64,000 nucleotides of DNA from Veleropilina oligotropha (lineage: Eukaryota), in contig JBEUKZ010000015.1 in assembly GCA_048128005.1 (NCBI GenBank), positions 1 to 64,000 of the forward strand, in the 5' to 3' direction. The position numbers and the translations under genes are program-made. Under the pieces are notes generated by a model. It was not told the origin of the DNA. It did not search any database and saw nothing but the letters and a program-made list of their open reading frames with translations. This document shows, in pieces, positions 30,846 to 44,931 of the stretch (its first letter is position 1; the number at the start of each line of letters is the position of its first letter).

Positions 30846-32029
30846 CGTGTGCCGGACGTCGGACGTTGTGCATATGGAAACGGTCCTTATATTTTATCAT
30901 GAAAGGGGTAAATTCGCAAGTAGGACGTCGTACGTCGGACGTCGTGCATATGGAAACAGGGCTTTATGCGTTTCTGCATGATTGTGTGCTTATCGCTTGG
31001 TCGATGATCGGATTTTCCCTGCGTGTTTTGTCAATATAATATGAAGGCCTACCATTTTGTCCCGTTGTTACATGAATAGAGATACAATCGTATATTAAAA
31101 CATAGTATAAAGCATTCACTTTAATTTATACTTTGTGTTGCAGGTGGATGCATTAAAGATTATATAATTTTAAATTAGTGATTCCATAATTAATTAATTA
31201 ATCGTCGTTCAACGCTGACTTGTCTAATGACTTATCATTATACTACCAAAAAGATAAGAAATGGCAGTCAGTGTGATTTGAACTCCAAACAACATATTGG
31301 AGTGTTGAAATACTACGATTGTGCCGCTTATCTGTTTGTTTATTTGTTTGTTAAATGACGAAATAATTAATAGGCTTGTTGGGTGACAGTTTGTTGACGT
31401 ACTTTGTTATATGACGCAATACACTATTCATAACTTTTCCCGAAACTGATGTTGGTAGTCAAAATCACGCAGAAGGTAATTTTATTGGCCATTAATTTTA
31501 ACCAAAGTTATAAACTTCGCAAATTTTCCAAAAATCTAAAGACGCTAACGAATTAAAAGTATAAAACAATATTATCGGGCCCTTCGTCAAGTTGGGCACT
31601 GCCGGAGTTAACTTGGGCATTGTGGAAAGATGAGCTGCAGCATTATTACTTATTTACTATTTTACAGTAATACCACAACGTACACAACTTAGATAAATAA
31701 ATTTGTCATAGTTGAAGAAATATTTCTATTATAATATTCGATGAAAAGTCGGACGAAATCAATTGTGACAACACGCTGTTGGACGAAGGGAAGGAATTCG
31801 GGCAAAATGGCCGCCGTTGACAGATAATTAAATTTTTTCTCTAGCGACCAAAGAATTTAGCTACTTTGATAATTTAGTAACACACAATGTATGTTCTTCC
31901 ATTTTGAATCATCCAAATGTATGCGAGTAATACATTGTAAAGCAATTTGCGGTCATTGCGGGCTATACAACTTTAATGAAATCTATAAATATATCACGTC
32001 TGCAGTAAAATTAATTATGCATTTTATTG

Positions 32030-32190
32030 ACGAATAAAACATTTTGTTCGCGAACAAAACTATTCTGTTCGCGAATAAAAACATTTTGTTCGCGAATAAA
32101 ATGTATTGTTCGCGAACAAAACTATTCAGTTCGCTAATAAACATTTTGTTCGCGAATAAAACTATTCTGTTCGCGAATTAAACATTTTGT
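32030..32190. repeat. Inverted TTCGCGAAC tandem array in the right TIR of the IS3EU-like element
   Basis: Direct reading. Confidence 0.9.
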
Positions 32191-32234
32191 TTGTAAATTT
32201 ATAGAATTAATTATGGCAGACATCAGCCACCGTA

Positions 32235-33590
32235 CATTCCAAGCTTTTATAATGGATTTAAATTGGGCAAAGCTGGAGGCCGAACGAAATGAATTAGGTA
32301 ATTCGTTCCAAAGCTTAGCCGCCCCAAATCTGAAAGATTTTATGCCGTATCTGGTTGAGTTCACCCTGGGCAGGACAACGGTGTTATCATACCTGAATGA
32401 GTAAGTATGGTCAGATTAGGAGCAATTAGGTCGAATAGATATTGTGGGCTCTGTTTGTAAGATATTTTGCACGTTTCCAGAGCCATTTGCTTAAGGCGTC
32501 GAACACGTAATGAGGGAAATTTACTTTTGTGCAGGAGATCATCATACGAAAGGGAGTAGTTAGTGTAAATAAAACGTAAAGCACGTTGTTGTATTTTTTC
32601 TAGTTTCTTGACATTGGATTCACTGCAGAAGTGCCAGGTTAATGGGCAATAATTAAGATTCGACAGAATGAAAGATTGGTAGATAAGCAGTCTGCATTGC
32701 AGATTTAGATGAACACCAATGCCCAAGCGCACATTTATTTGCTGGGAAGCTTTACGGCAGACAGTTGATATATGTTTATCAAACTTCATTTGGATGTCAA
32801 TTGTAACTCCGAGCAATTTGACTTCATCAGAGCATGGTATATCATTTTCACCAACTTTAATGGATTTACATCTTTTGCTGGTGTTTTTTCCAACGGAAAT
32901 AGCTTGAAATTTGTCAGGGTTTGCTTGCATCATATTGTCAGAAAACCAAGATATTAGGCTATTGCATTATTTATCTATTGTATCTAGCATAATAATATAA
33001 TCATGATGAGAAAAAGAGAGAGTGTTATCATCAGCATAATTATACAATGAACAATCAGTAATGGTATAGAAAATGTCGTTGATGAATACATTGAATAGTA
33101 ACGGACCAAGGATGGAACCTTGAGGGACTCCTTTGGAAAGCTGTTTCCAGGAGCTAACACAGGAACCAAATTTGACTATTTGCGTTCTGTTAGTCAAGTA
33201 GCTAGATATCAATGTAACAGCATCATCGGCAACATTGTAGGATATCAATTTTTGCAGCAATAAATTGTGGGGCAGACAATCAAAGGCCTTTGAGAGGTCC
33301 ATTAGTATGGCTGCAACAAATTTGTGATCATCAAGGGCCTTGCGCCAATCTTCAATAGCCCGTAATAATGTTGTCTGGCATCCATAACCCTTGCGAAAAG
33401 CAGATAATTATGGATGGAAGATACCTTCGAAGTACTCTGCTAATTGAGAGGGCCCTTTCAAATATCTTAGAAGTAATGGGCAGAATACTTATCGGTCTGT
33501 AGTTGGTTTTGTATGAGGAATCTTTTTTTGTGTACCGGGACCACTTCAGCGCTTTTCAAGAGGTCAGGGAATACATTGGAGCTAATTTAT
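32235..33590 (-). mobile_element. LINE X body (CR1/L2-group RT, frameshifted), 3' end displaced to 3543-3904
   Basis: MDLSKAFDCL, GVPQGSILGPLLFNVFIND, YADDNT, ANPDKFQ, LWNELP. Confidence 0.9.
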
Positions 33591-33899
33591 TTATTTACCA
33601 AAGAAGTGATGGGCGCAGACCAGCCACCATGAGCGCTCGAGTTTGTACATACAATATATGCAGTTGTTTAGCAACGACGATAAGCGCGCACACGCGCGCA
33701 CAAACACGCACGCAGAAAGCGCAATGCGTTCGACGGAGTTGTTTTCTCTCGCATTATGCGCAAACACGCACGTATTAAGCGCAATGCGATCGATTGAGTT
33801 GTCTTCTCTTGCATTACGCGCGATCCCGCCACCGTTGCTAGGGGCGCTCAAGTTTGACGAGTTGGGGTGGGGCTAACGCAAAAGATATAAGTTGAGACG

Positions 33900-36800
33900 T
33901 CGACAGTTGTCATGGACTTTTAACATTGTCGGTAAACACAAATGGAGCTCCATATCCTCCTAATATACTACTCCCCTTCTCTCCAGTTCATGCAAGATAT
34001 CCGTAATCAACTCCAATATACAATAACAAGTGATCGAAATCCCTGCCATATGAGCAATGTTAAGCTCAATGACCATAAAAATGAATTTAATAGAAACGGA
34101 TGTCAAATCGATGAAATCAAGAATGAACACTATGGAAGACAGTGCTCAATTTTTGAGCGATTCACTTGAGGTCACGAGCAAACTGGAAAAGTCGTCATTC
34201 AATGGCATTACCGAACTAAAATATCAAATGAAAGTGATAGATCCAGCTAACAGACTGTCAACGAATTGAAAGCAGAAATATTGGATCTTCAATGTCGTTC
34301 CATGAGGAACAATATACTATTACATGGAATTGAAGAGGATCCTACTCGAAATGGCTTAGAACACGAAGTCGAAGATTGAAAAACGAAAATTTTGAAATGT
34401 TGTGAAGAGACGTTGAAAATTTCCGAAGCATGCAGAAATATACGTATTGACAGGGTTCATCGGATAGGAAAGAGAGGTGGATCTACTCGCCCCATTGTTG
34501 TACGGTTTCCATTTTTTGAACAGAAGGAGGAATTGAGGAGAGCAAGTCGCCTACTAAAAAACACAAATTTCGGAATATAGGAACAGTTTCCACGCGCAGT
34601 GCAAAAAAGGAGAAAAAATTTAATACCAGTCATGAAAGAAGCTAGACAAAAGGGACAAAAGGCGAATATTGCGGTGGACCGTTTGTTTATTAACAATGAG
34701 TACAGCTGTAAATATGGATGGATAAAGGAGGATTGCCTCAATATCATTTCATGAAGCAACCAAGGTATAAAAGTGTAAATTGAACGATCATAATTTTCTT
34801 AATATCATTAACGATTTTGATATTTTATTATTTTCAGAAACTTGGCTTAAGGAGTCAGACAATTTTAGGTTACCAGGTTATAAGTCAGAGTCTGCGTTTG
34901 GAACCTATTTTAAGAGCGTTTACAGTAATGAAAACAATGTAACAACGGAAGAAGTTGAATTCGCAATGAATCGTTTGGAAAATAATAGCATTCAAGAACA
35001 TGATGATGGTAGAAATGCGTTAAATGCCAATATCACATCCGAAGAGGTTTATTCTGCTATCGGAAAATTAAGGCGGAATAAACCTAGAGAATTAGATAAT
35101 TTAATCCGTGAAATATTTTGGACGCCAAAGACCTAGTATCACCTTTACTTGCAAAGTTATACAATTTCATTTATGACAAATGCGTATATCCTGAATGTTG
35201 GTCTAAAGGTGTTATAATTCTAATTATAAAAAAGGTAATCTAACTGACGGCAACAATTATCGGGGTATAACGTTACCTTGATAAGTTTGTTAAATAAAAT
35301 ATTTTCGAAAATTCTCAATAATAGACTATATAAATGGGCTGAGGAATCGAGCAAACCCTCAAATGAACAGTTCGGTTTCAGGAATCAGATCGATAATTGA
35401 TTGTTTATTTATTTAAAATCTAAAGTCACAGAAGCTATCAATCAGAAAGAAAAACTGTACGCAACATTTTTGATTTAAAAAAGGCATTTGATTTAATTTA
35501 GAGGGATGCAATATGGTTCAAGCTTCTTACAAATGGTACAACAACGAAATTCGTTCGATTTGTCACGGAGATGTATAAGTCTGTAAAATTTTGTATAAAT
35601 CACAATGGATGCATTTCCGATTTATTTGAAAATCGACCTGGCGTCAAGCAAGGCGAACCACTATCTCATTTGCTCTGTTTGATGTATATCAATGATCTCA
35701 CAGAGAATCTTTCCGATCATAATGAATTATTTGATCTTACATGTTTCTGTCATCTCTTTGCGGACGATACAGCCTTGTTCGCGAAAAGCCCACAGAAACT
35801 ACAAATTTATCGTGCAAAATGGAATATTAGCGTGAATACAAATAAAACCAAAGTCACCAAAGGTGGTGTCAATATGAACAATGAATGGTTCTATGGGAAC
35901 GAAACATTGGAGGAGGTCAACTCATTTAATTTAATTATCTTGGATTGACGTTCTATAAAAACGGCAAGTTCCAAAAAGCAAAAAAATGTGCTTAAAGAAC
36001 AAGCGTCTCGCACTTTATTTTCCTTGCTTCCAACTTTCCAAAGAGAGGACATATCTGTGAGTGTCAAAGTCAAAATCTTTCGCTCCATGATTGAACCTAT
36101 AATACTCTATGGCACTGAGGTGTGGGGATTTGAAAATCTAAAGGAACTAGATAAATTACAATTGAAATTATACAAAAATATCCTTTGTACAGAAAATAGA
36201 ACAAATAGTCGCGCAATATTCGGAGAATTGGGAGAGTTACCACTAAGCATAATTTGTCAGATTAAATTGATTAAATTTGGAATAAAATATTAACAGAAAG
36301 GAACTCTCTGCTCCATAACGAATATATAAATGAAATAAATATGTCGTCCAACAACTCATGGTCAACTTCAATGAAAACACTCTTACTTAATATTGGTTAC
36401 GGATATGCACGGAATAGTCAAAATGATGTAGACTTTAGAATGCCATCCGGATTTTTATTCAGCGTATTAAGGATTTGTATATATAATAAATGGTATTCTG
36501 ATTAACGTAGCTGTAGTAAACTTGATAAATATCATCTTTTTAAACAACAATTCGAATTTGAACCTTATCTTGATATTTGTGATAAACAAAGTAGAATTTG
36601 CTTAATGTGTTTAAGATGTAGCTCTCATCACTTAGAAATAGAACAAGGTCGATACCAAAATACCCCACGAAATTCTAGAATGTGCAAAATGTGTCACATG
36701 AATGCTGGGGAGGATGAGTATCATTTTCTGTTGGTTTGTCCAATGTATTTAGAATTAAGAAGAAAGTATTTTAAAAAGTATTTCTGTCCCTGGCCAACTT

Positions 36801-37190
36801 TACATACATTTGTCTCTATGTTGCAAAACACCAACATAAGACATTTATTATCTTTAAGCAAATTCATAACAAAGGCCAACCCAGAACGAAAAATATATTT
36901 ATAGTCATGTTTTTTGTTAATTTAACAAACATACAAATTGTTCTGTTTAAAGTATCATTACAATATTACTGTGTAGTGCAGCTGATGATTCTTATCTGCA
37001 TTTTAATTATATATATTTGATGTAATGTTTAAGATATTACGGGTATATATGTACTTATTGCTTATATATAGTACGTTGCATTTTGATATTTTATTATTAT
37101 CCTCCTATAAAGTATTAGTTATCATCCGTCATATTAACATGTTTGTATATGGCAAGAAGCCATTGCTTGTGCCGAAATAAAAACTTAAAT
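33900..37190 (+). mobile_element. Decayed RTEX-like LINE (ORF1 remnants; EN/RT with internal deletion; C-terminal CxxC...EDEYHF..C)
   Basis: RSMRNNILLHGI, IDRVHRIG; FSETW; GVKQGEPLS, LFADDT; GELG; CKMC...EDEYHFLLVC. Clade call tentative. Confidence 0.75.
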
Positions 37191-38378
37191 AAATATTTAA
37201 TTCGTGTGTATGCACATGCACATTAACACGAGTTGGGTCGCTTCTCTCGATAAAAGCCGGATTATATTTGGTAGTGGAAACAACGCTTTTATGTAGTCGA
37301 GGACTGTTGAGTAACGAACATAATAAAGTACAGTTATGATTACGAAAACGTATTGATGGGCAAAATTTATGCATTTAATGAATAAACAGCAATAACATTA
37401 TATTTTGCGAATGCACAAGGGTAAAATTACTTAGTGCGCACTCAGATATCTACTTCAAGTCGCATTGCTCGTAAGTAGCGAAAAGGGATTTTAATTTTAA
37501 ACCCTAGATCGCAAACGTATTTTTGTCAGTTGGCCAAAATTAGAAACTTAGCAACTTCCCCAACTGTTAAATGAACGTATTTTGCTTGATTTCACTACGA
37601 TACATTGGTTACGTTATTTTGCCCAATCGTATTTGAATTATATGTCTTCCTGAGTAATACCTTACCTGCATCCACAAGCAATGAAAAAGGAGAATTTGTA
37701 GAAAATACGACATTTCAACGGTTTTCACAAAAACAAGATATTTTTCTACATATACGGTACGCACTGTTCACTCAGAAATAAATTTTTCTTTACAAATCAC
37801 GCGCAGTCTTAATATCAGGCCTTGCAATCTGAAATGTGTCACGGGTGACGGCACGTTGCTTGACTACCGGTCTCATGTTACACCCCATTAGAACATGCCA
37901 CGAGTATTTGTATACGTATTATCCAACAGCAACATACCTCGCCGATGTGCTCACTTCATTACGAGAAGAGAGGTTTCGTAAACTGGCATGTACATGTTGT
38001 TGTTTAGTGTAGATCGATGCTAAATACCCGTTTAACACACGTCATGCATGATGATGATGATGATGATGATGATGATATTTATTCTCCATTTTACAGTTTA
38101 TGTTTACAAAATATATTTCTTTATAATACAATATACAGTAAAATGGAGGGACGACACTTGAGTCAAATTGACTGTTCCGTTTGGTAATGCCGCCCATTTA
38201 TGATTTAATAAGGTAATATATATATACATATATATCTAGCAGAGAGTATAATATTGTTTGCATGTGTGAATTTGCGTACAATGTTTGAAATAAAAGAAAA
38301 GAAAGAAAGGGGTTGGATATAGATGGGTTTTGCTGGCTTTGCTGGGGATTAATATGCTTTAAGTATTTCTTTATTAAT

Positions 38379-38379
<1 letters not shown>

Positions 38380-38414
<35 letters not shown>

Positions 38415-39555
38415 TTATTTCTCCATAGGCCATCTGGCCCTTTGGATACATAATAAATACATTGAGGCTTACATATAAATATTACAATATACAAAATAGA
38501 GAGCCGACATTATGCTAATGATATAATATGTCATTCCTTTTCTTAAATGCATTATAAACAAAAGAAGCGACATTTTTCATTGTAACAGCATTAGTACAAT
38601 TTAACAACTCCACAAATTTAACAAAACTTGGGTACTGTCTGTAATATCTTGGAATGCATTTCACTCGCAACGTATCGTACAATGTACACTCAATCACAAA
38701 ATGATACTCATCCTCTAATGCTCCACAGTGAAAGCAAACTCGGTCAGCCAACGGGATGGGCATTGGTTTGTTCCATCTGCCACTTTCAATGTACAGACGA
38801 TGCGACGCAGTTCTAAGTCTAGATAAAGATTGCCTAAATTTCAAAATACAGGTATTTAGATATTCTTTGGAAGTGAAAGTTTCAGTGAGATGTGTGTATA
38901 ATGAAGCTCTGGAAGAGTTAGACAATCTACTTCTCCATTCTTGTATAAAAACGTCCTTTATTCTTGTTTTACAACTTCCAAAAAACTGTTTATATTGCCG
39001 ACTCCTTGGTTCAACCAGACATGAGAAAATCCTAGGTCATCAAGTAAGGTGCGCACTTTACTTGCCCAGTTTATCTTATTCGACAGAATAGCATCAACAA
39101 GCATTACATTATACATAATATTAATATACTTTTCATATTTTGAGCATACAACTTTCAGCCAGTATTTTATAATACGGTAATGCCTATTTACAATCAAGGG
39201 CATGCGCCCTAATTCCCCATATACAAAATCATTTTGCGTCGATTGCTTGACACCAAGAAGCTGCTTACAAAAGCTTAAATGAATACGCTGAAGAGCCGGT
39301 GCTCTAATGAATCCCCACACTTCCCAGCCATAGTTGCATATTGGCGTTATCAGCTTATCAAATATATCACATAAGTGTTTAGGTTTCAAATCTACAAAAC
39401 CATATATATATTTTTTCATTGCAAACACAGCGTTCTGAGCTTGTCCAGCTAGAGTCTTTTGTGTGAGTAAAAGGAACCACCAACAGAGAATACAATTCCC
39501 AAAAAGGAAAATTCTTTAACAATTTCTATAAGTCTATCGTTGAATACAAAATGCG
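38380..39555 (-). mobile_element. 3' fragment of RTEX-like LINE with (ATT)n tail
   Basis: YGWEVWG, VYGELGR, KYW, CFHC...EDEYHFVIEC. Confidence 0.8.
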
Positions 39556-41786
39556 TGTAAATTATACGTGTAAATGATTTCAATGAGAATGAGTTATTTA
39601 GTGTGGGTGATAACTGTCCCCACAAAGACGCATTTTGCATAGAAAGCTATTATTATATATCGATTTAGTGTGCAGTTGAATCAAAGGATTATTTCTGTTT
39701 CTAGTATTATAATGATGAATTTGTGAACTAGTCGTGAAGTTATTGCTTAGTGGACGAGGTATTAATTTTTTACTGAATTTATAGCCTAATCTATTTAATT
39801 CTAATTCGATCAAATCTGTAAATTTGAGTATTTTCATTTCTTTAAATATAGGGTTTGTGTGTACATTATTCTTATTGTTAGTAATAAGTCGGATTATCTT
39901 TTTTTGCAGTTTGAGTATTTTATTAAAATTGGCTTTTGGCATCATTGGTCCCCAAATGCAGAGTCCATATGTCAAATGACAATGTACCGTACTGTAATAT
40001 ATTATCCTTTTAATATCTGTAGGTAATTTATTTTTCAACATCTAATAGTATAAGCGCTTCTAAGTAATTTGTTGTGAGTGTATATAACGTGTTCTTTCCA
40101 GTTAAGACTTTCATCGATGATCACCCCGAGAAATTTTATTGACTTTACTTTATTAATAATGACATCATCTAGTTTTAATTCAGGAATGTTGCTGGTATTG
40201 TGATTGTTGCTTTTGAACATAATATATTTCGTTTTGTCCATTTTTAGCGAAAGTTTATTACATTTAAACCAATCTGCTAATATTTTTAGGTCTTGATTTG
40301 CTATGGCATAGAGATTTGATATAGATGTGTCACTGGAGTATGCAGTTGTGTCATCTGCAAAACTAATAATTTTAAAAAAGATAAGGATTTGTTAAGGTCG
40401 TTGATATATAATGAAAATAATAATGGCCCTAAGACCGATCCTTGTGGCACGCCACATTCAACTGTTTCGTAATCCGAAAAATTGCTTAGATTAACATCAT
40501 CAGATTTTATTTTGACGCATTGCGTTCTATCTGATAAATAACTTTTGAACCAGTTGTGCGGGATACCCCTTATGTCATAACATTCCAATTTATCTAGAAG
40601 TATTTTATGATCAATTGTATCAAAGGCTTGGAAAGATCTAAAAATAAAGCTAGTGTGTTTTTTTTTCCCTCAAAGCCATTTATAACGTGGCTGACAAGTT
40701 CTGCTATGGCGTCAGTAGTATTGTGGCTTTTCCGAAAGCCATACTGGCTATCATATAAAATGTTATTAGATGTTAAAAATCCGTATACTCTTTTATAAAT
40801 TATTTTTTCCAAGACCTTTGATACAGCAGTCAATAATGATATTGGTCTATAATTCTTTATTATATGTTTGTCGTAATCTTATATATCGGGATTATCTCAG
40901 CATACTTCATTTTATCAGGAAATACCCCTGATCCAATCGACTTATTAAATATTGTTACTAACGGGGTTTTTTATTGATTGAGCTAACTTTTTTAATAGTA
41001 TATTGCTGATATTGTCGTGACCGCTGCTTGATTTGTTTTGGAGACATTGTATAGTTTTTGATACTTCGTGTATATCAGTTGGGGACAAAAAAATATTAGT
41101 TTGTATTTTATCAGTCATGTAATTAGTGTAACAGGCAGATGATGTTGATATTTTAGCTGCCAATTTCTTACCTATTGTGGAAAAATATCTACAAAATTCG
41201 TTACAAATGTCCACTGGATTATATCGTTTTATACCATAGATTGATATATATTCTGGAAGACCCGGCTTGTTGGTATGCTTACCAATAATATCATTTATTG
41301 TACCCCACAACGTTTTAGAATCATTCTTAAAATTTTGTAATCGCTCTGTATAATAGTTATTTTTGGCTTTGCGTTTTAATGTGTTATATATATTTCTGTA
41401 CTTTATATAATTTTGGTGAACAGAGTCATTGTTACCTGTTCCTATGGAAATCCTGTACAATCTATCTCACTATCTGGCACTTTTTAATAAACCTTTTGTC
41501 ATGACAGGATCTTTTATTATATTTTTCGGCGAAATTTTGATTATTTTTTCAGGTGCTATTGTATCAAGGGCCTTTTTAATTATTTCGTTATATTTAATAT
41601 AGCTATCACTTGCATTTAAATTGTCAAGGACGTCCCAGTCATTATTTTCAATATATGCGTTAATCCGAATAATTTTTTCATACGTCTTGATTTAATTGTC
41701 AGTGGATCTTTATTTATTTTTTGAATAGTATTTATTAAAGCTATACAGGACAGGGCAAATGGTCCGAAATATGAATTGTTAGTATA

Positions 41787-44243
41787 ATAATAATAATGCT
41801 TTATTTAAAGAAGGTAACACAATTAGTACATGAAAAATGACTATTCCCCCTTGTGGCCTTCTCTACAACTAAAGTAGTGTAATATCAGCGAACTGAAGTA
41901 AATAAACAATAATACTAACAATACTAGATAAAATCAATACAATAATATTTACAGTACATATAATGGAAATAACAATGTAGAACTATATTGGTAAAGCTAT
42001 GTTTACAGAAAGCATACTTAAAATTGTATAAGCTTAATCTGAGATTAACATATGATTATAGCACTTTTGTTTGAAAATATTTAGACAACTTGATGATCTG
42101 ATAGTTTTTGGCAGACTATTCCAAACAGTGGCACCTGATAGGTTGAGACTCTTTCTATATAGCTGTCTCGAAAAGTTTGGCAAAGAGAGATTTTCATTTT
42201 CAACGGACCGTAACAAATAGTCAGCCTTGCCAATACTGAAAAGATTCTGCAGGTAAGGTGGAGCCATTCCATTTATAGATTTGTAGACAAGGACTGCCTT
42301 GTGGTATTCGATTCTTTTGTCAATTTTTTGCCATTTAAGTATTTTAAACAAGGGTTGAGATGGTGAATCGAACGGCTTATCTAGGATAATGCGTGCTGCT
42401 CGTTTTTGCAGTTTTAAGAGTCTGTTTAAGTCTTGTTTGGAACAGTTTCCCCATATGGTTAAACAGTAGTCAAGTACAGGCTGAATGTAAGCATTGAAAT
42501 AAAGAATTCTTGTTTTGTGTGGCAGATATTTCTTAATCCTGAATAGTAGTGCTATTTTTGAAGTAAAAACATTGCAAATTTTATTTACCTGGACATCCCA
42601 CTGAAGAAATTTGTCGATATAAACACCTAGAAGCTTATGATTAGAGACGTCTTCAATAAGTGCATTATTTACATTTAGTGTCAATGTTCTATGTTCCATG
42701 TGTGATAACTTCTGTATTGTAGATATCAGCATACATTTAGTTTTATTCACATTTAGGAGCATATTATTATTATGGCACCAGGTTTCAATGTTGATTAAGT
42801 CTTCTTTCAAAGCTAGTTCTACTATGTCTAACGATGGACCAGAAGAGTGAAGTGTACTATCATCTGCAAATAAGTCAATGTTAGATTTAACTGTACTAAG
42901 TGGTAGATCGTTTATGAATATCATAAATAACAGGGGACCTAACACTGATCCTTGTGGAACACCTGCTATAATTGCAGATGAAGTAGAGTGAGCGCCTCCT
43001 AGGTAAACATATTGAGTTCGTTTGCTAAGGTACGACGTTACCCAACGTATAACATTTTCGTCGAAATTGTACGAGCTTAATTTGGAAATGAGGATGCCGT
43101 GATCAACTAGATCAAATGCTTTCTTAAAATCTAGATAAACCACACCAGTTAAGTTGCCTTCGTCCATTTCTTTTAGCCAAGTGTCTGTTATTTTCGTCAG
43201 TGCTGTTTGACAGGAGTGCGCTTTTCTGAATCCCGATTGTGCATCATGGAGCAGGTTTTTTGTATTCATGTATTCGTATATTAATTTTGCGACATGTTTT
43301 TCAAATAATTTAGACAATGATGGAAGTACCGATATCGGTCTATAATTGGCAGGGTCATCCCTAGGGCCACTCTTAAAAATAGGCGTTACTTTGGCACATT
43401 TAAGGAGATCTGGAAATACATTACTTTGTATACTCATATTTATAATATGGGTTAATGATTTTGTAATGACTGGTGCACTTAGCTTTAAGATTTTTGGTCC
43501 AATACAGTCAATTCCGGCAGCTTTATTAACGTTTGCAGTTACCAATGATTTATATACGTCGACATCTGTAATGTTAGTTAATTTAAATGGGGGCTGATTT
43601 GTAGTTTTCTCTCTTAGTTTATCATTTAGTGTATTCGGATTAAAGGTTTTATTTTGCAGACTCAAATTTTCTGATACTTCACTAAAATACTTGTTAAAAA
43701 TATTTGCTGATTCTTGTGTTGTTGTTGAAATATGATCTTTGTATTGTAACTGTGGGGGATTTGTTTGCGATTTCCGGGAATTTAATTCATTTAAATACTT
43801 CCATACTTTTTTTGAATTTTCATTGTCCTCTATTGCTTGTTTATAGTAGTTATGTTTAGATTTATGAATTAAGTGTGTCACTTGATTTCTCCAATGTTTG
43901 TAATTTGCCCAGTCTTTAATCCTATGATATTTGTCGCGCATGTGTCTAGCATTATTGATGTCAGGTGTGAGCCATTTAGGTTTGTATTGGCGTTTAACAC
44001 GCTTCGTTTTAGTTGGCGCATGGAAGTGTAGAACGTTAATGAACAGTGTATACCATTTTTGTAGAGCAGAATTACAATCCATTTCCTTATCGATATCATC
44101 AAAATTTTGATTAATAAGATCTAGTAAAAATGCTTCTTCGTTAAATTTTTTAAAATTTCTATATTGGATTTCGATATGGTTGTTCTTCTTAACGGGTTGT
44201 TGAATGCAACGTGTAACGCATACCGGGTAATGATCACTTATTG
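41787..44243 (-). mobile_element. LINE A, 5'-truncated copy with uninterrupted ORF2 frame (EN tail + RT; ORF 42034..44082 stays open to ~44243)
   Basis: SDHYP, YLDFKKAFDLV, GVPQGSVLGP, LFADDST; AGTATA duplicated at 41781-41786 and 44244-44249. Confidence 0.92.
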
Positions 44244-44931
44244 AGTATAGCCGATTTGTAGTCTTTAGCCAAATTATTTGTGATATAAATATTATCTATG
44301 AGTGTGGCACTATGATGAGTGATTCGAGTTGGACGGGTTATAAGTGGTAGCGGACCGAAATTTAAGGTAGTTTCAATTTTTTTTCCAGTATTTACATGCA
44401 TGTTCAGTTTGAGGAAATCTAGGTTTGGTCACTACCAAATATTACGTCTTTGTTTTCTAATTTTATATTATTTAATAAATGTTGATATTCAATTAAAAAT
44501 ATATTTTCGTCTGTACCAGGTACTCTATAAATCTCACCTACAATAAAAAATAAAAAAATTTCCTCTCGATTTCTATAAATATCATTTCAATTTCACCTTC
44601 CTAAAAAATCTCCAAGTCCTCCATGTCCTTTTACTTAATATTTTCATTTATGTAAATAGAGACACCACCTCTGCTCTTGTTTATTCGGTGTTTCTTTTCC
44701 AGCTTATAACCTTTAATTTTACAGAGATTTTTTTTCAGATAATTAATAAAAGTTTCACATATCAGAACCAAATCAACGGTGTATCCTGCACTCTGTAAAG
44801 TATCCAGCAGAAGTCTCAAATTATCAATTTTATCTGGTAAACTATGGATATTTCAGTGTAAAAATTTTAAATTTGATTGACGGAATTCTATTTTGTGCAA
44901 TTCGTTTGGATCGTAATAGTCGCAATTTTCA

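Larger units (their letters stand above)
3905..32234. mobile_element. IS3EU-like DNA transposon derivative with long, tandem-repeat-containing TIRs, inflated to 28.3 kb by nested insertions
   Basis: Termini TACGATGGCTGATATCTGCCAT (3905) and ATGGCAGACATCAGCCACCGTA (ends 32234); 6-bp TSD CATTCC at 3899-3904 and 32235-32240; inverted homology extends to ~12330 vs ~31605. TAY..RTA ends with a 6-bp TSD match IS3EU; no transposase seen. Confidence 0.75.
38050..44927 (-). mobile_element. Decayed CR1/L2-group LINE (family C), interrupted by an RTEX-like fragment and by LINE A; (ATC)n tail at ~38050-38075
   Basis: EN motifs (NIHSLP, ICETF, PTRITHHSATLIDNIY, ISDHLP), RT GVPQGSVLGP, 3' stem-loop 38147-38195. 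Confidence 0.8.

Noticed and set aside
33590..33880. GC-rich patch with repeated GCGCAATGCG...GCATTA motifs and short ORFs
   Set aside because: Probably a small non-autonomous repeat; ends and family could not be defined and the ORFs have no motifs
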